Assembly (NCBI GenBank): GCA_012813795.1
Contig: GCA_012813795.1_4087.1
Direction: 5' to 3' (one strand)
Source of the DNA: a phage
DNA: 64,000 bases
Each line of letters begins with the position of its first letter. Position 1 is the first letter of the stretch. The position numbers were made by a program, and so were the translations under genes. Below are positions 47,805 through 57,666 of this stretch, in pieces. A model generated the notes under the pieces. The model saw only the letters and a program-made list of their open reading frames with translations. It was not told the origin of the DNA and made no database searches.

Positions 47805-48199
47805 CAGTACTCCCTAATTGATACCAGTGCGTTAAGAAATTCTAAACGAATTCCACATGGTATGGTATCAAAATCAACCTCAATCATTCTTAATGAATCA
47901 GAGAGTTCATTTCTAAAGAACATATTACATGCAAAAGTACTGAAAGGTAACACATCACCTTTACTATCATCACAAACAACAACGTACACTTTACCACTAA
48001 AAGAATCCAAATCATCTGCTCTCTGGATATCACGACTATAGTGATACCTATCTTTCAGTACTGAGTTGATTCCTTTCTTATCATCATAGAATTGAACTTT
48101 ATCACAATATGTCACCAGACGCATACCATATCTTTGGAACATACGAGCACTTCCATTGATTACGATCATTTTGTCTTTTGTATGCAATGTATATATCAT
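47804..48199 (-). CDS. hypothetical protein
   Basis: 131-aa track ORF. Confidence 0.5.
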   Translation of the reverse strand: MIYTLHTKDKMIVINGSARMFQRYGMRLVTYCDKVQFYDDKKGINSVLKDRYHYSRDIQRADDLDSFSGKVYVVVCDDSKGDVLPFSTFACNMFFRNELSDSLRMIEVDFDTIPCGIRLEFLNALVSIREY

Positions 48200-48208
48200 A
48201 GTAATCCC

Positions 48209-49000
48209 TTAGATTTCGAATACCAATTTAGGATTGTAATCGAAATTCTCACAAGCTCCACTATAAGATTCGTAACCTCTTGGATTACAAATGATACGTG
48301 TCTTACCGATGTGGTAATCAAAGCTACTATGAACATGACCATGAATCCAAACATCAGCACCCAAATCTTCAATGTACTGATCCATGTCTGAACAGTAACA
48401 ACCATTCAGTGAATCGTTTTTATATTTTGGTGAAACACTTTGAAAACTCGGTGCGTGATGGGTAATCACGATGACCTTGAAATCATTATCCTGCATTAAG
48501 CGTACTGTGTCAACTGAATTTTTGATAAATTGTTTATCTTTGTAATGCATGAACTCAGTATCTTCTGGTGTCAGTTTCTTACGCCAAGGCTCGGATGTTG
48601 TTCCATGACGGATGTGTTTGTAATCGTTCATCTTCTGACGAGCATCAAACTTCGTCATGGAATTACCTTTGTCAAAGTCTGTCCACAGAGTACTACCAAC
48701 GAGCAAAACACCATCCAGCCATACAAATTTGTTTTGCAAAAAGATGAAATTAGGAAACTCATCTTGCATATCGGACAGTACTTGATGCGTTTTGTAAATG
48801 TTCGAACCGTAGTACTCGTGATTACCAGGAACCAGTACTACATTCTTGAACTGCTTACACAGTGATTCGATACCAGTACGATAACGACTACGTTTAACTT
48901 CATCGAAGTCCCCAGCAATGATCAGTACTGTGTCACTGTAATCACCACTATGGAGGTAATCAGTGCCACCGTGTACATCAGATGTTACGACAAATTTCAT
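48209..49000 (-). CDS. calcineurin-like metallophosphoesterase
   Basis: Motifs SDVHG, GDF, GNHE, HGHVH; start set to the ATG (MKFVVTSDVHG) with GGAGG RBS. Confidence 0.8.
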   Translation of the reverse strand: MKFVVTSDVHGGTDYLHSGDYSDTVLIIAGDFDEVKRSRYRTGIESLCKQFKNVVLVPGNHEYYGSNIYKTHQVLSDMQDEFPNFIFLQNKFVWLDGVLLVGSTLWTDFDKGNSMTKFDARQKMNDYKHIRHGTTSEPWRKKLTPEDTEFMHYKDKQFIKNSVDTVRLMQDNDFKVIVITHHAPSFQSVSPKYKNDSLNGCYCSDMDQYIEDLGADVWIHGHVHSSFDYHIGKTRIICNPRGYESYSGACENFDYNPKLVFEI

Positions 49001-49019
49001 AATTACCTCCAATAAATGT

Positions 49020-50438
49020 TTAGCCAAGTGATTCAATAATACTGTTTGAGAAGACCTCAACTGCACTATCACGAATTTCTAAGATACGAGTATAATCGTC
49101 ACAAGTGTTTTTGTCAAATCTAAATTCAATAAACACTGGTAAAAATAGTGATGGCTCACCAGTACGCTTGTCGAATACAATGTCATTACACTCAACTGTA
49201 ACCACTTTACCAATAAGTTCTTGCATTCTTTCCCAAATGGTTTTAAATGTCCATTCAGCATCTTTTTCGCGGATTCCTGTTCCTACGCTTACTTTTAGTG
49301 TACCACAAGCACTTTCCAGTTGTAAAGAACCAAGCATACCTTTACGCTTACCTTCACCTTCATTGAAACCAACAATACGCAAGTCCAGTTGCATTTTCAA
49401 TTTCATTTTCAACTGCTTAGGAGAAGTATGTGATTTCCAGATACCATCTTCACATTTCAGTACTGAACCTTCTTCACCTGAACTCATGAGTTCAGAGTTG
49501 TAAGCAAAGGCTTCTTTGAGATCCTTCACCTTACGATATCCAACCATACGCACGAATTCACTACCTAATGCATTGATTGCACCTTCAAGAATCTCGCGAC
49601 GTTCCTTACGTTTTACATCCCAGATACCATCACAATATGCATCGTATGGCACTACATCCCAGAGAACGAATACTGTACGCATTGCTTCGTTTTGGGTGAT
49701 AGTATCTTTACCTGCTTTCTGAATGATGCCGTTACCAGTTGTACGTGGAAGAATAGTTTCCCCATCAGTATCCAGTACTAAACCCTCGCCCATAAAGACT
49801 ACACCACTACTGAAACGTTCATCTGTACTTTGGATATGATGAGCAAGGCCAGCCATTTCAGCATCACGACAACCGAGGAAGTCGTAAATCTTACCATTAC
49901 GGGAAGTGGATGTTAATGATGCATTGATAACAACGTGGTTCAAGTACTGACCATCCATCTTAACTTCAGCAACGGCATAACCATAATCTTTGAAGTTGAT
50001 GTTCTTAGCAGTTTTCTTGTCAATCAATGAACAACGCATATAAGGTTCATCTTTAATGAAGCCTTTACCGAATACATCATTACAGTTCTTTTCCTGAATA
50101 CCACAATCAAGGTTCTTCGTGAGCATTTTACGGAGAACTTCCTGGTCATCTTCAGGAACAGCACCCAGTACTGAAGCAATGAAATCACGCCCTGTATTAC
50201 CCGTCACACCACGCTTATAGATGCATTCTAGCTTATCAATAGCTTCATCTAACGTCATATGTTGATACACGTCAGCAGCGTCTGGTAGCTTCTTATAGCC
50301 ACTTACGATAGTAGGGTCTAGCGTATATTTCAGTACTTTTTTGAGTGTTTCATTGTTTTTGTTTTCTTCAAGGATTGCTTTCTTACCAAGTGTACTTGAA
50401 GTCTTTTTGATTTGTTCCAGAATTGCTAAAATGCTCAT
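49020..50438 (-). CDS. 30: ATP-dependent DNA ligase
   Basis: 472 aa; adenylation motif I KxDG in AEVKMDGQY; size comparable to T4 gp30. Confidence 0.85.
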   Translation of the reverse strand: MSILAILEQIKKTSSTLGKKAILEENKNNETLKKVLKYTLDPTIVSGYKKLPDAADVYQHMTLDEAIDKLECIYKRGVTGNTGRDFIASVLGAVPEDDQEVLRKMLTKNLDCGIQEKNCNDVFGKGFIKDEPYMRCSLIDKKTAKNINFKDYGYAVAEVKMDGQYLNHVVINASLTSTSRNGKIYDFLGCRDAEMAGLAHHIQSTDERFSSGVVFMGEGLVLDTDGETILPRTTGNGIIQKAGKDTITQNEAMRTVFVLWDVVPYDAYCDGIWDVKRKERREILEGAINALGSEFVRMVGYRKVKDLKEAFAYNSELMSSGEEGSVLKCEDGIWKSHTSPKQLKMKLKMQLDLRIVGFNEGEGKRKGMLGSLQLESACGTLKVSVGTGIREKDAEWTFKTIWERMQELIGKVVTVECNDIVFDKRTGEPSLFLPVFIEFRFDKNTCDDYTRILEIRDSAVEVFSNSIIESLG

Positions 50439-50447
50439 TATATTCCC

Positions 50448-51647
50448 TTATAGATAATAGGTTCCATAAAAAATAGGACAGTCAGTGCTAATATGAACCA
50501 TAGGTTTTTTATTAGATTCTGATGTATTATTACTGTATCGTTTGGTTGGTGGATAGAAAGGTGAATTATAACCACGCCATGTATTGAAAGATGTATGTTT
50601 ATCGATATCAACATCCATTGACATTACACCATTCGCATCAACTTCTACTGGGTATCCGCAGTATTTTTCAAAATCACCCTTGTACGCTATAGAATAATCA
50701 TGGCGATAATATCCATAGGAATTTCTGCTGTTGTTATCTGAAATACCAAAGAATACACGATATTTTTGACCATTCTGTTCAGTCATGAATAATACGTTTT
50801 CATTGAAACGACCATTAACAAGAACGTCTTTAGTGATTTCAGTGTATTTTACTTTCATATCAGTACTTTTAAATGATTTAGTACTGATCAGTACTGGTCT
50901 ATTGCATTCACCTAATGCGTTCTCAGTTCGCATTCGGTACGTATTGAAATACGCATTTGCTTTAACAATTTCAGCTTCCATTGTTGTTTTAACGTTATGG
51001 AGTGCTCTGGGTGTTAATTCGTATCGGTCAAGGCTTGCACATACACCATATGTACCATCAGCGATACAATACACCATATGATAGAAAGAACTTTTGTTAG
51101 GTAAAGAGAATTCTTTAGTTTTCTTCAAACAAAGAGTATGAACGCGACCACAATAGTAGTACTCTTTTTTGTTATAAAGGAATCCATCACCAACTTTCAA
51201 CTCACCAACAACGCATTTACGTTCTTCAGCTTTCTCTTGCTTCTCTTGCATCTTAGCAAATGTTTTTGTATTACCATTAATGAGTTCAAGATTATTATTA
51301 AAGAACATAGCATCTTGGAATACACCATTAACGATATCATTGTGTGTGATTAAGTCCAGCATATTGTTTGCAGTGATATTGAACTCAAATCCTTCTGGGT
51401 GACGGCAAACGAAATAAGTATCTCGACCACTGTGAATCAATTTCTGAACAATAGCGAAACCTTTTTTCGGTTCATTGTCGAGTGTAAGTGACGGCATATT
51501 ATTGGTTCTTGCCCAGTACTCAACACGTTCTTTCTTATTTTCAAATGCTTTAGTGTGAGTTTTAGTTGCGTCGATAATAAATCCGTCAACCTGATCTCCA
51601 CTAACAAAACGTCTTGCGACGAAAATCTTTTCAGGAAAATTCATCAA
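50448..51647 (-). CDS. hypothetical protein
   Basis: 399-aa track ORF. Confidence 0.55.
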   Translation of the reverse strand: MMNFPEKIFVARRFVSGDQVDGFIIDATKTHTKAFENKKERVEYWARTNNMPSLTLDNEPKKGFAIVQKLIHSGRDTYFVCRHPEGFEFNITANNMLDLITHNDIVNGVFQDAMFFNNNLELINGNTKTFAKMQEKQEKAEERKCVVGELKVGDGFLYNKKEYYYCGRVHTLCLKKTKEFSLPNKSSFYHMVYCIADGTYGVCASLDRYELTPRALHNVKTTMEAEIVKANAYFNTYRMRTENALGECNRPVLISTKSFKSTDMKVKYTEITKDVLVNGRFNENVLFMTEQNGQKYRVFFGISDNNSRNSYGYYRHDYSIAYKGDFEKYCGYPVEVDANGVMSMDVDIDKHTSFNTWRGYNSPFYPPTKRYSNNTSESNKKPMVHISTDCPIFYGTYYL

Positions 51648-52063
51648 ATAGTCCTCATTGTACTCATAGCTTTTAGTGTTTCGTACATATGACCGTATTT
51701 GGAAAATAGCTGTAAATCAGACATTGGGTCGTTAGTACGCATCAGTGCCATGTCATCAATCATTTCTTCAGTGCATAGTACTGCTACACTAGTGAGGGTA
51801 TCGTTCAAACCTGGTTCATTGAATTTAGCAAATGGAACCTTGCCCTGTTTGGATAGATTCTCGTAATGAGTGGTTAATTTATCTTGGTTGCCAGCATTGA
51901 GAATTACAATAGTTTCGTGCTCATTATACCATTCATCGATTAGAGTACTGAATACTGTACCTTCATATTCTTTGACGAGTTTAATACCAGCATGAAATGC
52001 CTGAACGCCAGCCTGAACACCCTGACAGTACATGTTTGTTAAGCAATATAGTTTCACTTCCAT
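51644..52063 (-). CDS. hypothetical protein
   Basis: 139-aa track ORF. Confidence 0.5.
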   Translation of the reverse strand: MEVKLYCLTNMYCQGVQAGVQAFHAGIKLVKEYEGTVFSTLIDEWYNEHETIVILNAGNQDKLTTHYENLSKQGKVPFAKFNEPGLNDTLTSVAVLCTEEMIDDMALMRTNDPMSDLQLFSKYGHMYETLKAMSTMRTI

Positions 52064-52281
52064 ACCTCTTGTTTTTCTACATATCCTTTACCATCACAAT
52101 CTGGACATGCATAATAGCGACGAAATTCTTCATCGGGAACTTGTTGTGATCCGTTACATTTAGGACAAATGCGACGAACACCAGAAATAATACGTTCATG
52201 ATGCTCAGCTTGTTTAGCTGAATCAAAAATGCGACCATCTTCAGTTTGATATTTTTCAACCTGAACATAAATTACTTTCAT
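52054..52281 (-). CDS. small Zn-ribbon protein
   Basis: 75 aa; CPKC...CPDC pairs. Confidence 0.5.
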   Translation of the reverse strand: MKVIYVQVEKYQTEDGRIFDSAKQAEHHERIISGVRRICPKCNGSQQVPDEEFRRYYACPDCDGKGYVEKQEVWK

Positions 52282-52290
52282 TTTATATCC

Positions 52291-52569
52291 TTATAAAAAA
52301 GTTAAATCTTCAGTACTTAATTGTACAAAACATTTGTTAGTTTCATTGTCAACCAGAATTTCAACATACACCTTCACTTCATGAATTGTTACAATTCTAT
52401 GAATCACACCAACAGTAGTTCCATCTATATATGGTAGCTCAACCCAACGACCAACCAATTTATCACTTAAATGGTCTTTCATTTGTTGGTTGGTATCATT
52501 GATTATTGTATCGAGTGATTTTTTAAAAAAGTTAAATTCGGTTAATGAACTATCAATCATGTCATGCAT
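52291..52569 (-). CDS. small protein, K-[YL]-[IV]-G-[KR]-x-V family
   Basis: 92 aa; contains DKLVGRWVEL; member of the small-paralog family described in findings. Confidence 0.5.
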   Translation of the reverse strand: MHDMIDSSLTEFNFFKKSLDTIINDTNQQMKDHLSDKLVGRWVELPYIDGTTVGVIHRIVTIHEVKVYVEILVDNETNKCFVQLSTEDLTFL

Positions 52570-52574
52570 AATAA

Positions 52575-53318
52575 TTACCTCTTGAATCGACTAAATGAAT
52601 ATTCGTCTTTTTCTTTACGCAAATAACACATCTTACCACCTTGAGGGGTAGCAATAGTCAAATCACCAGTAAGAAACTGACTGTCAATCCAGATACGGTT
52701 ACCATAAATGAGGGGATCAAACACGGCAGTATGCCCACTAAGTACATAATCTACGTTGGTAATACGTGATGCATTAAAGACGTTGTTGGCTTTACAGAAA
52801 TCAAATGTCTTTCTGTCCCATAGGCATGACTCAATTGTATCACTGGACATTGATTTTGTCCCAGTAATGAACTTATTCCAGTCAGTGTGCTTAAGGTCTA
52901 CACTTGCATGTACGAGGCCAATCTTGAGTCCTCTGTGATTGATTTGGATAATCATAGGTAGCTGGTTCAAGTACTGACGGAAGAATTCCACTCCTGATAC
53001 ACCAACTTCTTCCAGGAACTTATCGCCCCCATTCTGTGTCCAGCAATGATACCAGTCACGATGAGTTGCAGAATCAACACACATCGATTCATGATTGCCC
53101 ATGATCATATATCGATTCTCAGCGAATAAAAACTCAAACAAAAGGTGAGCACTTTGCTCACCTCTGTCAATTAAATCGCCTAAACTGAATACATAATCTT
53201 CAGGAGTAATACCAAATTCTTTCTTGGTATGTTCCCATAGTTTTGCATTACCGTGAATGTCTCCTACTATATACAAATCTTTTTCATCAGGAACTGTTAC
53301 TTCTAAGAAATGTTTCAT
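52575..53318 (-). CDS. PPP-family Ser/Thr protein phosphatase (lambda-PPase/ApaH-like)
   Basis: 247 aa; motifs GDIHG, GDLIDRG, GNHE in canonical order; ATG verified. Confidence 0.8.
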   Translation of the reverse strand: MKHFLEVTVPDEKDLYIVGDIHGNAKLWEHTKKEFGITPEDYVFSLGDLIDRGEQSAHLLFEFLFAENRYMIMGNHESMCVDSATHRDWYHCWTQNGGDKFLEEVGVSGVEFFRQYLNQLPMIIQINHRGLKIGLVHASVDLKHTDWNKFITGTKSMSSDTIESCLWDRKTFDFCKANNVFNASRITNVDYVLSGHTAVFDPLIYGNRIWIDSQFLTGDLTIATPQGGKMCYLRKEKDEYSFSRFKR

Positions 53319-53569
53319 TGTTCTTTAATCCATATAATTCTATCATAGGTGACAACTTGAGTATTGGCAATTTGGTCATTGACATAGCAATCTACGTAAT
53401 ATCGCACATCACCATGATATGTTCCCATATCTCTTATGCATATTTTTTGCCAACCTCTGGAGTGTTTAAGAAGAATTTCTTGACCAATATATTTGTGCTT
53501 AGCACGTTGGACAAAATCATCATATAACGATTGTAACATCTTTAACTGTTCAATTTCAGTCTTTGTCAT
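53315..53569 (-). CDS. small protein, K-[YL]-[IV]-G-[KR]-x-V family
   Basis: 84 aa; contains HKYIGQEILL. Confidence 0.5.
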   Translation of the reverse strand: MTKTEIEQLKMLQSLYDDFVQRAKHKYIGQEILLKHSRGWQKICIRDMGTYHGDVRYYVDCYVNDQIANTQVVTYDRIIWIKEQ

Positions 53570-53792
53570 GTTTCTTCTTCTTGAATTTTGTTAGTGTATT
53601 GTAAAAATCTTTACAGATTGAAATGAAAAGATACACCAACGACACAGGCCACAGTACTGATAACATAGAGCAGGTACTAATATTAATCATTGTGGTATGG
53701 GTATCTTTAAAAGAACCCCAGTTGATGATAAGAAAAGTACTCAAAAATGTACTCAGTACTCCTACACCATACAAAGCAAAAAATAAAATCAT
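53556..53792 (-). CDS. small membrane protein
   Basis: 78 aa, two TM segments. Confidence 0.45.
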   Translation of the reverse strand: MILFFALYGVGVLSTFLSTFLIINWGSFKDTHTTMINISTCSMLSVLWPVSLVYLFISICKDFYNTLTKFKKKKHDKD

Positions 53793-54137
53793 TTATTCCT
53801 CTTCTATTAGTTCTAAACGATCTAAACGGTAAGTGAATCCGTACCATTCAGAACTTTTTGGATTTTCATATTCCACATCAACATAGATTGATGAATTCTT
53901 TACTCGCAACAAAGTAATAAACATAACTGTATTTTCGTTGATATGAGAAGCTTCATCATCACAATAAATCCAGTCAGAATCTACTTCATCCTCCTTAGCC
54001 TTATTGATGTGGTCAATATACTCTTGAGTGAATTTTACTTTTTTGCCTATTAATTTATTTTTTAAGGTACTAACGAATTCTGATTGAAGATCAAGGAGAG
54101 ATTCGAAGTACCTTAGTTCAGATGATAACGGAACCAT
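53793..54137 (-). CDS. small protein, K-[YL]-[IV]-G-[KR]-x-V family
   Basis: 114 aa; contains NKLIGKKVKF. Confidence 0.5.
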   Translation of the reverse strand: MVPLSSELRYFESLLDLQSEFVSTLKNKLIGKKVKFTQEYIDHINKAKEDEVDSDWIYCDDEASHINENTVMFITLLRVKNSSIYVDVEYENPKSSEWYGFTYRLDRLELIEEE

Positions 54138-54745
54138 TAATCACAGCTTCCTGAACTTGAGCTTGAACTATCACAAGAGCCACTATCATAAGAGGAAGAT
54201 GAGTCGCTATAGGATGAAGTACTGATAATTGCGGCAGTTGTTGCTGCTGTCAGTAGAACAGTGCTTGTACCATCATCAGTACTGGTAGTACTGGAAGATG
54301 CTTCCTTATCAGTTTTAGTGCTTTTGCGAGTTGTACTGGTTTTTTTGGTATTTTTAGTGCTAGTCTTGCGACCTTTTGTTTTCTTAGAAGTTTTTGCTTT
54401 TGTTTTAGTTGTTGGTGCTTTTGGTTGTGGTTCTTCTTTTACTGGAACTTCTTCCTGAACTGATTTAACTTCTTCAGCAGCACCATCAATGTAAACGTCA
54501 TCAACTGTTAAAGTTGGCGTATATCCTTCAAAAACTGGTACATCATGTACTGCTTTATCACGATTATCGTCAATGACTAGTGACATGTCACGGCGACCCA
54601 TAATAATGAGTAAACCTAGTTCTAGTACTGGCGTAAAAATAATACCAAATACTGTGTATACCAGTGCATTACGGTTGTAAGATTTTGCCAAAAACCAACC
54701 AATAACCAGACCAAGTACGTATAGTACGTATAGTGCATAAATCAT
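54137..54745 (-). CDS. membrane-anchored protein with K/T/S-rich low-complexity tail
   Basis: 202 aa; N-terminal TM segments, then a basic low-complexity stretch (TKTKAKTSKKTKGRKTSTKNTKK) and S/C-rich C-terminus. Confidence 0.5.
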   Translation of the reverse strand: MIYALYVLYVLGLVIGWFLAKSYNRNALVYTVFGIIFTPVLELGLLIIMGRRDMSLVIDDNRDKAVHDVPVFEGYTPTLTVDDVYIDGAAEEVKSVQEEVPVKEEPQPKAPTTKTKAKTSKKTKGRKTSTKNTKKTSTTRKSTKTDKEASSSTTSTDDGTSTVLLTAATTAAIISTSSYSDSSSSYDSGSCDSSSSSSGSCD

Positions 54746-55041
54746 AGTATGACTCCTTTAATTACAATTATTTTACCGATATCTTCGATATAATTAGAAA
54801 AGTGATAGTTGTCTTGGTATATCAACCACGCACCAAACCCATCTACTATTTCGATTATATTAATTTCTTCAATTGGATTATTTTTACATTCAGCAACGAA
54901 CGGACAAAAATAATCATTTAAAATTTGAAGATATATTTTACTTACCTCTAACCATTCAGTTCTATTATAGTATTTGTCAAAAATAAAAGTTTCCCACAGA
55001 AGTTTATATGTTTCTTCTGCTTCATATAATGTTTTAATCAT
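54742..55041 (-). CDS. hypothetical protein
   Basis: 99-aa track ORF. Confidence 0.45.
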   Translation of the reverse strand: MIKTLYEAEETYKLLWETFIFDKYYNRTEWLEVSKIYLQILNDYFCPFVAECKNNPIEEINIIEIVDGFGAWLIYQDNYHFSNYIEDIGKIIVIKGVIL

Positions 55042-55340
55042 ATACTAATAATTTCGTTAGTGGATACTACTCTTCCGTACATCAATGGGATTACGTACAC
55101 ATTTGGAATCGAAATCCCCACTGATTTAATTGTATCACATAGCTCATTATTTGTCCTGGCATTTTTGAACTTTATTTCTCTACCTTCAAATGCATCAATA
55201 ACAGATTGTGAATATGAATCCATTAACACCCTGAAGTTAATCATCATAGTTGGGTAGTCTAGTATCCCCTCAATTCGCATATCATGGCACGTTCTGAATA
55301 GCATAATGTATGTTTTATGACAAAGTAATAGTTCATTCAT
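55038..55340 (-). CDS. hypothetical protein
   Basis: 100-aa track ORF. Confidence 0.45.
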   Translation of the reverse strand: MNELLLCHKTYIMLFRTCHDMRIEGILDYPTMMINFRVLMDSYSQSVIDAFEGREIKFKNARTNNELCDTIKSVGISIPNVYVIPLMYGRVVSTNEIISI

Positions 55341-55654
55341 ATGAAAATCTCATCCAGATACAATGTAGTACTGGGTCTGTCTGTATTAACATCAGTACTG
55401 CAATCAATCATCAGACCGTAGTCAGTACCCCATATTTGCTTGATATAAATGTCATAATCACGACTGGTATTTGCTTCATATACTACATTATTATAAAAAA
55501 GATCAGTCAATTCGTAATAGAAATCTTTAACAAGTTTATTCACCTCTTTTCTGTACATATCCATCTCAACGTTATCAATGTACAATAACCATTTCAGACA
55601 ATAATTAAAATGATTCTCGTACATTATTAATTTATTATATTCTTCTTGTGTCAT
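55337..55654 (-). CDS. hypothetical small protein (paralog of 55651..55974)
   Basis: 105 aa; IWGTDYGLMIDC...YLDEIFI parallels HGVFGTSHGIFVDY...YIEEIEL in the neighbour. Confidence 0.5.
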   Translation of the reverse strand: MTQEEYNKLIMYENHFNYCLKWLLYIDNVEMDMYRKEVNKLVKDFYYELTDLFYNNVVYEANTSRDYDIYIKQIWGTDYGLMIDCSTDVNTDRPSTTLYLDEIFI

Positions 55655-55974
55655 AGTTCAATCTCTTCTATGTACATACTATTTTCTGTGTACGGATCAA
55701 ATGGGTGTATTTTATAATCAACAAAGATTCCATGTGATGTACCAAAAACACCATGAATATATACAATTTCATCTTCGCACTTAATAGTTCTGTACTTAAA
55801 TCTCTTTTCCAATGATTCATATATTTCACTAATTATACAGTTAATATAGTTCTTAAACTGACGGTTTGATTTAGTGCATTGTTCTTCAAGAAGTATATTA
55901 TATATAATCAGAAAGTGTCTGTTTATATAATTCAAATAATCTAATTCACTTTTTGTTATTAAAGTGTTGCTCAT
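55651..55974 (-). CDS. hypothetical small protein (paralog of 55337..55654)
   Basis: 107-aa track ORF. Confidence 0.5.
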   Translation of the reverse strand: MSNTLITKSELDYLNYINRHFLIIYNILLEEQCTKSNRQFKNYINCIISEIYESLEKRFKYRTIKCEDEIVYIHGVFGTSHGIFVDYKIHPFDPYTENSMYIEEIEL

Positions 55975-56275
55975 ATATAATCTCTATCTCGTTTGAATCG
56001 TAATATGCTTTATGGGTTCTTGTTTTATTTTGGTATTTTATTTTGGTTTTGATAAAATATATAACCTTTTTCCATTCATAATACACGTACTCAATTTTAC
56101 CATAGTCACCAGTACTAAGTAATACTTTTTTACCTTTGTACAGTTCTTGTAATTGTGTTTTATAATCCTCAAGAAATCTACTTTCAAAAATTTTTACATC
56201 ACTTTCCATCACAAGGTCGATAAGAATAGCAAGATGCCTATCCAATAATAGTAAGTTCTCTTGATCGTATTGCAT
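55946..56275 (-). CDS. small protein, K-[YL]-[IV]-G-[KR]-x-V family (start uncertain)
   Basis: Track ORF 55946..56362 contains LYKGKKVLL; start trimmed to an internal ATG to limit overlap; no clear RBS. Confidence 0.4.
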   Translation of the reverse strand: MQYDQENLLLLDRHLAILIDLVMESDVKIFESRFLEDYKTQLQELYKGKKVLLSTGDYGKIEYVYYEWKKVIYFIKTKIKYQNKTRTHKAYYDSNEIEIIYEQHFNNKK

Positions 56276-56552
56276 AATATCTTTGTCCATTATCAGATTT
56301 TGCCGTATACATGTATGCCCCATAAGAATATGATATGTTGGTAATTTCAACTTCTCTTCCAAGATATATAGCTTTTGTTCCTACGTATTTTTTAAGCAGT
56401 GGTGTAGTTAGTTCAAGGAGATAGGTTTCAAGGAAATCGGAAATATCATAAGATGGATAATAATCATCCATTTGGGTATGAAAGAAACGACGTGTATCTC
56501 TTATTAATTTCACGTGCCTGTCATACAATTCTAATTTCGTCATATGTTGCAT
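56238..56552 (-). CDS. small protein, K-[YL]-[IV]-G-[KR]-x-V family (start uncertain)
   Basis: Track ORF 56238..56615 begins with TTG; contains KKYVGTKAIYL; start set to an internal ATG. Confidence 0.4.
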   Translation of the reverse strand: MQHMTKLELYDRHVKLIRDTRRFFHTQMDDYYPSYDISDFLETYLLELTTPLLKKYVGTKAIYLGREVEITNISYSYGAYMYTAKSDNGQRYYAIRSRELTIIG

Positions 56553-56802
56553 CCCATAAAAAACCTGCTCGTTCGCACCTGTACAAAATATTACCATTCC
56601 ATGTCGCCACTTCAATAATTGTCCAAGTTAAATCAGTATCATCTAGAACATTGACACCAAAAACCGATTTAGACAATTCGTTCTCGTAATTATCCATCAG
56701 TACTGATAATGATGTTAGTAATCTTTCATCGGATTCTGAAAAATATAAACTACGTAAAATACGATAATGATAATAAAAAAACTTCAATGAATCATTATTC
56801 AT
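56521..56802 (-). CDS. hypothetical small protein
   Basis: 93-aa track ORF. Confidence 0.45.
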   Translation of the reverse strand: MNNDSLKFFYYHYRILRSLYFSESDERLLTSLSVLMDNYENELSKSVFGVNVLDDTDLTWTIIEVATWNGNILYRCERAGFLWDATYDEIRIV

Positions 56803-57104
56803 GAAAAAATAAACCTCGAATATATTCTTGAGCGAAATGTTATATCACTTGGGATATATTTGCAACAAAGGTATGGATATCCGTAAGTACTGGATTCGAT
56901 TTCGGTAATAATAACATCACTACCTCGATATTTGCACTGAACATTTGAGTATTTTTTATTCAAAAAGTCAAGATATTCATCATGGAAATAAATGAGTTGT
57001 TCTTCAAACTTGTATTGTTTTTCATTATACATTGCAAGAGATTCTTCTTTAAGAAGATATAATGTTTTCATTAATGCTTGGAATTCATTCGTATTCATAT
57101 CCAT
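56799..57104 (-). CDS. hypothetical small protein
   Basis: 101-aa track ORF. Confidence 0.45.
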   Translation of the reverse strand: MDMNTNEFQALMKTLYLLKEESLAMYNEKQYKFEEQLIYFHDEYLDFLNKKYSNVQCKYRGSDVIITEIESSTYGYPYLCCKYIPSDITFRSRIYSRFIFS

Positions 57105-57351
57105 CCACTGTAGTTATTGTTGCTCGCGTTGTGAATTGGTATCTATGCCCATACATATCAACGCCAGATACAACTATATTATTGTTAGTATCAAGATATA
57201 CTGAATCAATTTTAATAATGCGTTCCCAGTCACTTGTATCATAGACACATTTAACATATGTATCTTTATATTTTTCTGATAGTTGCTTTACTAAATTTTT
57301 CAGTACTTGAATATGTGAATTAACAAATTGGAAATCTATATTAATATTCAT
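57085..57351 (-). CDS. hypothetical small protein
   Basis: 88-aa track ORF. Confidence 0.45.
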   Translation of the reverse strand: MNINIDFQFVNSHIQVLKNLVKQLSEKYKDTYVKCVYDTSDWERIIKIDSVYLDTNNNIVVSGVDMYGHRYQFTTRATITTVDGYEYE

Positions 57352-57353
57352 GT

Positions 57354-57614
57354 TTATTCATCCGATATAGATAATTCAGAGATAATTTTTACCATATGTT
57401 CACCCAAGAAATCGTTAGATCCAGTTAGGAATATTTTAGCTTTTATTTTAATTTCATCACTAAGTGGAGAATAATAAATCTCTACAATTTGCCCACGTCT
57501 TCCAGTTGATAAACATGTAGCAATTTTGCCTATGTACTTGATTCGCAACTCTTCCATTAGGGAGTGTAAAACCAACTGGCATTGTTTGAAATGTACATCA
57601 TAACTATTATCCAT
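57354..57614 (-). CDS. small protein, K-[YL]-[IV]-G-[KR]-x-V family
   Basis: 86 aa; contains IKYIGKIATCL. Confidence 0.5.
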   Translation of the reverse strand: MDNSYDVHFKQCQLVLHSLMEELRIKYIGKIATCLSTGRRGQIVEIYYSPLSDEIKIKAKIFLTGSNDFLGEHMVKIISELSISDE

Positions 57615-57637
57615 TATATCACCTAAATTAAAAGAAA

Positions 57638-57657
57638 AGGGATCAGTACTGATCCCT
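57638..57657 (-). terminator. intrinsic terminator (minus strand) after pseT
   Basis: Perfect palindrome AGGGATCAGTACTGATCCCT (with CAGTACTG at its centre), followed on the minus strand by TTTTCTTTT. Confidence 0.5.
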
Positions 57658-57666
57658 TTGTAATAA

